NCBI RefSeq assembly: GCF_000315625.1
Contig: NW_005434487.1
Coordinates: 23,720-87,719, forward strand
Source of the DNA: Guillardia theta CCMP2712
Lineage: Eukaryota; Protista; Cryptophyta
Reading direction: 5' to 3'
Length of the DNA: 64,000 bases
Shown here: in pieces, positions 53,878 to 61,417 of the stretch
Numbering within the stretch: position 1 is the first letter of the stretch
Layout: each line of letters begins with the position of its first letter
Translations under genes and position numbers: made by a program
The notes under the pieces: model-generated
Told to the model about the DNA's origin: nothing
Seen by the model: only the letters and a program-made list of their open reading frames with translations
The model's database searches: none

Positions 53878-54819
53878 TCAGGAAGAAGGGCCAGAAAGTT
53901 GGGAAGACGTATGAAGATGAAGCACATGAAAATCTTCAAGCAAGTCAGCCTGTGAAATCAAGACAAGGACAAAGAAGTTCACCAAGAGTGAGAGACGTTC
54001 AAATGGATACAAGAAAAGCATGACAACGGAAGGGGGTCGCTCTTCTTCATTCGTTATCTGTACAGATGCCACTTCATCAACAATCAAGTAATCCTCTCGG
54101 TACCTTCTCTTCTATGCCAAAGCTCGCAGGATCCATCCTTTCCAATGTCACGGTGTATTCTTCTTTCCTTTCATAGTTGTATAATCGAAGAAAGCACTTC
54201 GAACCCATTCTCCCGGAAATAGCTTTCGCAATCGAGTCCAGGTGGTTCCCTTCAGCTAATTTCCGAACCTGTATACGAGCATTCAGTAATTTACACATTA
54301 TTGCTTGTTCTTCACCGGAATAGGGTTACTTTGGCCGATTTCTGTGATTTCATCTCCGATTTTGATCTTACTTTCCTTGTCTGCTGGAGATCCTTTGGCG
54401 ACATGTTTCACCCACACTCGATTCCCCTTTGCATCTTCACAGACGCTGGACATGTCTCGGAGAACAAGGATCAACCCGATGGAGCCGTTACCAGTTCCCG
54501 AAGAGTCATCCGCTTTAGAGCGAGAGTGCATCCCGCTTCCTTTGCCTTGCTCCTGCATGTTCTTACCAGGCATGACAGTCGTGTACTCAAAGAGGCTCCA
54601 TATGTCCTGTACACAAATAAGAAAGCTTCATGACAATACAAGAGCCTGATTGAATCTACCCAGCCCGCACATCAATCTACCCATTTCATAATTTACAAGT
54701 GAAAAAAAATTCTTCTCAATTTGTGTATTCCTTAACCTCTCCATTTTTTTGTAGTTGCTTGGGACACCTTTCAAGTTATATATATGTCGTTTCACACCTG
54801 TTTTCACTTCATGGCGCAT
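53878..54819 (-). CDS. PDZ-domain protein, multi-exon; last unique gene before the telomeric region
   Basis: GSIGLILV..RVWVKHVAKGSPADKESKIKIGDEITEIG..V, then HLDSIAKAISGRMGSKCFLRL. Confidence 0.75.
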
Positions 54820-54930
54820 CTTGTCCTACATTCAGCTTGCCCCTTCTCTGCCCTCATCTTTCATCACAGAGCACTGCCTTGTTGACTCATCAAGAAACCA
54901 ACCTCACCTCAGAGGGATTCTTTACTCAAA

Positions 54931-54999
54931 GTTTAGGTTTTGGGTTTAGGGTTTTGGGTTTTGGGTTTTGGGTTTAGGGTTTGGGGTTTAGGGTTTAGG
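54931..54999 (+). repeat. Degenerate telomeric tract 1 (TTTAGGG with TTTTGGG/TTTGGGG variants)
   Basis: Read directly; abuts unique DNA. Confidence 0.95.
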
Positions 55000-55570
55000 A
55001 GGCGCCGTTATTTTCGGCAGCATGGCTCCCTGCCAGGTGTAGGGGAAGCCGCCAGGGCGCCAAGGAAGCTGCAAGCGAGAGGTTTGTATAGTTCCAATAG
55101 CTTTCTAAGTATGGTTCTTCAGTTTGATGAAAGTGTTCGCAACATGCTGTATCGGAGATCATGCCAATACACGCAGGGCGAGCTTGTGGATGCCGCGGTC
55201 CTCGAAGCTGATCTTGTCGAGAAAGTGAAGAGCTTCGCGAAACGTTTTCCTAACAGTAGGACAGCCCAGGCTTGCAAGGCTGTGGAGGGATGCACCCCCG
55301 ACCGTACGCTGTCGCAGAAGCCATCCGCCGCGGATGGCCCGCGCTCGACATGTCAGCAGGCACGACGTGAGCTTCTACAAAAAGCAATGACTGGATGGAG
55401 TGACGCATCCAGAGAGTGGTTTATGCAGCAGATGGAGGAAGCCAAGAAGGAGAAGGTCGAGACATACACCGCCTCAGCAGGCAACGAGGTGACTTCCTTC
55501 ATCTCCATGACTCTCCTGGGCATCTCCTCGGTGTATGTCAACCATGAAGAGAAGCTGAAGAAGAAATTCG
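55000..55570 (+). mobile_element. Telomere-associated element copy 1 (subfamily A, diverged, distally truncated)
   Basis: One degenerate start unit (AGGCGCCGTTATTTTCGGC), then sequence homologous to the ORF N-terminus of copies 3 and 4; stops at KLKKKFE and runs into AGGGTTT. Confidence 0.85.
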
Positions 55571-55650
55571 AGGGTTTAGGGTTTAGGGTTTAGGGTTTAG
55601 GGTGTAGGGTTTAGGGTGTAGGGTTTAGGGTGTAGGGTTTAGGGTTTAGG
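55571..55650 (+). repeat. Telomeric tract 2 (TTTAGGG with TGTAGGG variants)
   Basis: Read directly. Confidence 0.95.
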
Positions 55651-56030
55651 AGCCGGCCCTTAGTAAGAGCAGCCGGCCCTTAGTAAGAGCAGCCGGCCCT
55701 TAGTAAGAGCAGCCGGCCCTTAGTAAGAGCAGCCGGCCCTTAGTAAGAGCAGCCGGCCCTTAGTAAGAGCAGCCGGCCCTTAGTAAGAGCAGCCGGCCCT
55801 TAGTAAGAGCAGCCGGCCCTTAGTAAGAGCAGCCGGCCCTTAGTAAGAGCAGCCGGCCCTTAGTAAGAGCAGCCGGCCCTTAGTAAGAGCAGCCGGCCCT
55901 TAGTAAGAGCAGCCGGCCCTTAGTAAGAGCAGCCGGCCCTTAGTAAGAGCAGCCGGCCCTTAGTAAGAGCAGCCGGCCCTTAGTAAGAGCAGCCGGCCCT
56001 TAGTAAGAGCAGCCGGCCCTTAGTAAGAGC
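55651..56030 (+). repeat. 19 perfect copies of AGCCGGCCCTTAGTAAGAGC
   Basis: 380 nt at 20 nt per unit, no spacers. Confidence 0.97.
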
Positions 56031-56119
56031 ATGCGGCCCTGCGGCGCGTAGGGAGAGCGCAAGGGGACCGGTGGAAGCTGCGAGCAAGAGGTTCATATAG
56101 TTCAAACAGCTTTCCAAGC

Positions 56120-57264
56120 ATGGTACTACAGTATGATGAGAGCGTTCGCAACCTGCTGTATCGGAGATCATGCCAATACACGCAGGGTGAGCGCTCTGGA
56201 GGCCACGTCGAGGAGGCCGCCGACCTCGTCGAGAAGGTGAAGAACTTCACCAAGCGTTATCCGAATAGTCGGACAGCTTATGCTTGCAGAGCTGAGGGGG
56301 GATGCACTCCCGACGCTATCGCTGAAGCCATCCGCTCGACATGTCGGCAGGCGAGACGCGACCTGTTTGAAGACTCTCTGAGCGAATGGAGCTCAGAGTC
56401 GAAAGCATGGTTTATTCAACAGATGGAGGAGGCCAAGAAGCAGAATGTCGAGACATACATCGGCACCAAAGGCACCGAGGGGACCTCCTTCATCTCCATG
56501 ACTCTCCTAGGGATTTCCTCGATGTTTGTTCGACAAGAAGAAAAGTTGAAAACGAAGCTTATGGAGCTAGGTCTCATGGTAGACTCAGTCGATGGAGTCG
56601 ACAAGGCCATCATGTGGAAAGCACCTTACAGACCTGAGATAGCACGAGCAGACGACATCTCAGTCACCGTCTCCTTCCTTCGGAATGAAGCAGCCATAGA
56701 GCTATGGGAAGGCAGGAGAGAATACACTATCGAAGGGAGAGTCTTTCGAGCCACAGAGGTGAGCATAGCACACGACCGGTCCTTCAAGCTTCGAGCCAAG
56801 CGAGGACCTTGGGGCAAGGGAGGGAGCCTTGCCGAGCTATCACAGCTCCTAGCTCTCGGAGGAATGTCGACGGCCGAGATCGCTCAGATTTATCGATTTC
56901 AGCTGCTCTCGCAATCCGAGGCTTGCAGCCGCAGAGGTACAACCGCTTGCAGGCATGCTCGTGCAGGGTGCTGGGCAGAGAGGTCGCAAGGGGCCGAGCC
57001 CGAAGACGTATGTCGCTGTTGGGGCAAGTACGGGAACTCTCCAGCAAAAAGAGCTGGAGTGGGTGCTCAGCTCGCCTTCGACGGCAAGTTGCGAGCAGAC
57101 CTTGGCCTCGTTCAGAGAGAGCGAGGCGATGGAGGGGGTGCATCTCACTCTCATCAGCGACGACGCCAAGCTCACGGGGAGACGTTTGCAGTCGAGCTCA
57201 CAGCCGACACCTTCGTTCCTAGGGGAAAGATCGCTAAGCAGAGGAGGGCACTTCGCGAGAGAGA
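56120..57264 (+). pseudogene. Subfamily B ORF, truncated, with two compensating frameshifts
   Basis: Homology to the subfamily A protein moves to another frame near 56920 (QPLAGMLVQG..ELEWVLSS..FRESEAMEGVHLTL) and returns near 57180 (AVELTADTFV). Confidence 0.8.
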
Positions 57265-57297
57265 TTTAGGGTTTAGAGGGTCTTGTTGGCAGCCTTG

Positions 57298-57356
57298 AGG
57301 GTTTAGGGTTTAGGGTTTAGGGTTTAGGGTTTAGGGTTTAGGGTTTAGGGTTTAGG
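57298..57356 (+). repeat. Telomeric tract 3, perfect (TTTAGGG)n
   Basis: Read directly; preceded by a 12-nt tract at 57265-57276 and a 21-nt insert. Confidence 0.97.
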
Positions 57357-57840
57357 AGCGCCGGTTATTTCAGGCAGCGCCGGTTATTTCAGGCAGCGCC
57401 GGTTATTTCAGGCAGCGCCGGTTATTTCAGGCAGCGCCGGTTATTTCAGGCAGCGCCGGTTATTTCAGGCAGCGCCGGTTATGGAAGACCACTGAAGTAT
57501 ATCAGAGGAGGGAGCAGAGCAGAAGCACGGCTGCCATAAGGGCCAGCCAAGTCGGGCCGCCGGTTATTTCAGGCAGCGCCGGTTATTTCAGGCAGCGCCG
57601 GTTATTTCAGGCAGCGCCGGTTATTTCAGGCAGCGCCGGTTATTTCAGGCAGCGCCGGTTATTTCAGGCAGCGCCGGTTATTTCAGGCAGCGCCGGTTAT
57701 TTCAGGCAGCGCCGGTTATTTCAGGCAGCGCCGGTTATTTCAGGCAGCGCCGGTTATTTCAGGCAGCGCCGGTTATTTCAGGCAGCGCCGGTTATTTCAG
57801 GCAGCGCCGGTTATTTCAGGCAGCGCCGGTTATTTCAGGC
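57357..57840 (+). repeat. Array of AGCGCCGGTTATTTCAGGC (about 21 copies) interrupted by a 75-nt unique insert at 57483-57557
   Basis: Read directly. Confidence 0.95.
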
Positions 57841-57932
57841 ACCATGGCTGCACGCGTGGTGTAGGGGAAGCTGCCAGGGCGCCAAGGAAGCTGCAAGCGA
57901 GAGGTTTGTATACTTCAAATAGCTTTCTAAGT

Positions 57933-60417
57933 ATGGTTCTTCAGTATGATGAAAATGTTCGCAACCTGCTGTATCGGAGATCATGCCAATACACGCAGAG
58001 CGGACTTGTGGATGCCTCTGTCCTCGAAGCTGATCTCGTCGAGAGGGTGAAGAGCTTCGCGAAGCGTTATCCGAACAGCAGGACAGCCCAGGCTTGCAAG
58101 GCTGTGGAGGGATGCACCCCCGACGCTATCGCAGAAGCCATCCGCTCGACATGTCAGCAGGCACGACGTGAGCTTCTACAAGAAGCGATGACTGGATGGA
58201 GTGACGCATCCAGAGAGTGGTTTATGCAGCAGATTGAAGAAGCCAAGAAGGAGAAGGTCGAGACATACACCGCCTCAGCAGGCAACGAGGTGACTTCCTT
58301 CATCTCCATGACTCTCCTGGGCATCTCCTCGGTGTATGTCAACGATGAAGAAAAGCTGAAGAAGAAATTTGAAGAGATCGGACTGATCGTAGACTCAGTG
58401 CAAGAGAGTAAAGCAATCATGTGGAAGGCTCCGTATAGACCCGAGATAGCGAGTGCTGAGGAGATCCCGGTGACTGTTTCCTTCCTCCGCAATGCACAAG
58501 CGGAGAAGCTCTGGCAGGGAAGAGAGGACTTCGCGATCGATGGTCGCAAGTTCACAGCTGTACATGTGAGCATCGTGCACGATCGATCTTTCAAGATTCG
58601 AGCCAAGAGAGGACCCTGGGGCAAAGGGGGCAGCTTGGCAGAGCTGACTCACCTGCTAACCTTGGGCGGCATGACAACGGCTGAGATAGCTGCCGTCTAT
58701 CGCTATCAGCTGCTGCGCCAGTCCCTTGCAGCGGTCCAACTCCAGCCGCTGGCAGGCATGCTGGTCGCTGGGGCGCCAGGCCAGCAAGTCCACAAAGGCT
58801 TAGGTCAGAAAGGCTTCGTCGCTGTAGGGGCCAACGTCATCTGGAGACAGAGGGAGGTGGAGTGGATCGTCTCCTCGAGCTGCCCAGAGGCGAATGATAC
58901 AGCATTTCGAGCTTTCCGAGAGAGCGAAGCGATGGAGGGAGTACACCTGACTCTGTTCAGCGAGGACCCGAAGATCAGAGAGGCGCTCGCAGTCGAGTTG
59001 ACAGCCGATCGCTTTGTGTCCAGAAATAAGTTGAAGAAGGCATCAAGGATGCAGAAGAAGGCAGGCGGCAAGGACGGCAAGGAGATCAAGATCATCATCA
59101 AGTCGACGGCGGCATCTGGTCGCTTCACGAGGAAGGAGATGGAGGGGCTGTGCAACGGCGGCAACACGTCTATCGCAAGAGTCAAGAGAGTCTTGTTGGA
59201 GATCGCTAACAGGCTCGAGATCAACGTTGAAGGCATCGACATGGAGGAGGATTTGAACACCAAGTCCTGGAACGGGTCCAAGCTATGCATCCTCCTCGGC
59301 TCCACGGAGGATGCTCGACGCATGATGAAGGAGCTGCCCTTCTATCTCGAAGGCGCAGCAACCAAGCTCGAAGCAGTCGGCTTCGACAAGGAGCCTGACT
59401 CTGAGGCGGCTGGTCAGCGGGGCACCAGCGACGCAGCGCAGCGACAGGAGGAGAGCGAGGGAGAGTGGCTGGAGTTTACAGACCTGGAGAGGATCACAAT
59501 GGAGGCAGCATCTCCGTCAAGCCAAGAGGACATGCAGCTCGTCAGCGAGCTGTCAGCAGTCATCGAAGATGCAGCTTCTTTGAACGAGGCAGGGACGAGC
59601 GAGCCGATCAAGCTGGTCCTGGACAAGGCCGTTGGCAACCTCCACGACACCTTCTACTCTCCGGGGAGCCTGGAGTTCATGGCGCTGGGAGAGTGGGCGA
59701 AGATGCCAGAGGAGCAGGGAGTTGGGCGCAACGCGCTCAAGGAGAAGCTGGGGAAGTGGCTGCAGAGCAAGCGCTGGACTCGCGTGCAAGGAGAGAGCAA
59801 GAAGGCAAGGAGGGGCAGCGCGTTCTCGCCACGGGCAACGGCAGCTGCTGAGCTTGAGCAGGAGGCGGAGAGCGACGACATAGAGCGTCGATCTCTTAGC
59901 CTCCTGTTCATAGCAGGGTTTAGGGGCAGGGACGAGCGAGCCGATCAAGCTGGTCCTGGACAAGGCCGTTGGCAACCTCCACGACACGTTCTACTCTCCG
60001 GGGAGCCTGGAGTTCATGGCGCTGGGAGAGTGGGCGAAGATGCCAGAGGAGCAGGGAGTGGGACGCAACGCGCTCAAGGAGAAGCTGGGGAAGTGGCTGC
60101 AGAGCAAGCGCTGGACTCGCGTGCAAGGAGAGAGCAAGAAGGCAAGGAGGGGCAGCGCGTTCTCGCCACGGGCAACGGCAGCTGCTGAGCTTGAGCAGGA
60201 GGCGGAGAGCGACGACATAGAGCGTCGATCTCTTAGCCTCCTGTTCATAGCACTGAGTAAATTCGCAGAGATGCATGTGCTGGCCTGCTCGCTGAAGGTG
60301 GACAAGAAGGACCGACTGCGAGTGGAGATGAGGGAAGATGACGAAGAAGAGGAAGACATGGAGGAAGAGCAAGGCGAGGGCGAGGAAGAAGACGGGGCGA
60401 GCCCGTACCGAGCTTGA
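57933..60417 (+). pseudogene. Subfamily A ORF disrupted by the internal duplication (frameshift after LSLLFIA)
   Basis: Near-identical to the copy 4 protein up to 59915; the native C-terminus is present in another frame (ORF 60016-60417). Confidence 0.8.
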
Positions 60418-60830
60418 GCTGAGCCCAAGGTAAGGAGAGAAGGTAGGAGGCGACCGAAGGCCAAGGTGGCGACCGAAGGCCAAGGTGAGGAGAGGCAACT
60501 CTTCTGAATGGAGACGAGTAGGTGGCGACCGAAGGCCAAGGTGAGGAGAGGCAACTCTTCTGACTGAGGCTGAGGAAGCCAAGAGAAGACAGCAGAAGTA
60601 GAGAGTAGAAAGACGCCTCAGAAGCAGGGTTCGCATTGTAGGCCGTGTACTCCCAGTGCTCGAGCGCCTCTTTAGACTAGGATCCAATTGCACAAGCCCA
60701 CAACGAGGCCTTGTAGGCCGTGTACTCCCAGTGCTCGAGCGCCTCTTTAGACTAGGATCAAATTGCAAAAGCCCACAACGAGGCCGAGCAACATTCTAGC
60801 ATTCTAATAAACTCACATAATAATAATAAT

Positions 60831-60902
60831 AGGGTTTAGGGTTTAGGGTTTAGGGTTTAGGGTTTAGGGTTTAGGGTTTAGGGTTTAGGGTTTAGGGTTT
60901 AG
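60831..60902 (+). repeat. Telomeric tract 4, perfect (TTTAGGG)n
   Basis: Read directly. Confidence 0.97.
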
Positions 60903-61325
60903 AGCGCCGGTTATTTCAGGCAGCGCCGGTTATTTCAGGCAAAAAGCGCCGGTTATTTCAGGCAAAAGCGCCAGCGCCGGTTATTTCAGGCAGCGCCGGT
61001 TATTTCAGGCAGCGCCGGTTATTTCAGGCAGCGCCGGTTATTTCAGGCAGCGCCGGTTATTTCAGGCAAGCGCCGGTTATTTCAGGCAAGCGCCGGTTAT
61101 TTCAGGCAAGCGCCGGTTATTTCAGGCAAGCGCCGGTTATTTCAGGCAAGCGCCGGTTATTTCAGGCAAGCGCCGGTTATTTCAGGCAAGCGCCGGTTAT
61201 TTCAGGCAAGCGCCGGTTATTTCAGGCAAGCGCCGGTTATTTCAGGCAAGCGCCGGTTATTTCAGGCAAGCGCCGGTTATTTCAGGCAGCGCCGGTTATT
61301 TCAGGCAGCGCCGGTTATTTCAGGC
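60903..61325 (+). repeat. Array of AGCGCCGGTTATTTCAGGC with variable extra A residues at unit junctions
   Basis: Junctions GGC-A-GCG, GGC-AA-GCG (11 in a row), GGC-AAAA-GCG and GGC-AAAAA-GCG, plus one abortive AGCGCC unit. Confidence 0.95.
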
Positions 61326-61417
61326 ACCATGGCTGCACGCGTGGTGTAGGGGAAGCTGCCAGGGCGCCAAGGAAGCTGCAAGCGACAGGTTTGTATACTT
61401 CAAATAGCTTTCTAAGT

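Larger units (their letters stand above)
55651..57264 (+). mobile_element. Telomere-associated element copy 2 (subfamily B, distally truncated)
   Basis: 20-nt repeat array, then a paralogous ORF (MVLQYDESVRNLLYRRSCQYTQ..., IMWKAPYRPEIA, HDRSFKLRAKRGPWGKGGSLAEL); ends in TTTAGGG. Confidence 0.85.
57357..60830 (+). mobile_element. Telomere-associated element copy 3 (subfamily A, full length, with internal telomere-repeat-linked duplication)
   Basis: 19-nt array, ORF from ATG 57933, duplication 59589-59915/59926-60252 separated by AGGGTTTAGGG, repeat-rich 3' region, (TAA)n end, then AGGGTTT. Confidence 0.9.

Noticed and set aside
54870-54935. PDZ gene truncated by telomere addition
   Set aside because: The sequence next to the tract has stops in all three minus-strand frames, so a cut coding exon is not supported.
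59916-60188. Novel C-terminal domain in the 760-aa ORF of copy 3
   Set aside because: It is out-of-frame translation of the duplicated segment after the inserted telomere repeat.
55651-61325. 19/20-nt repeat arrays as CRISPR arrays
   Set aside because: Units are directly adjacent with no spacers (one 75-nt insert only), there are no cas genes, and the context is eukaryotic.
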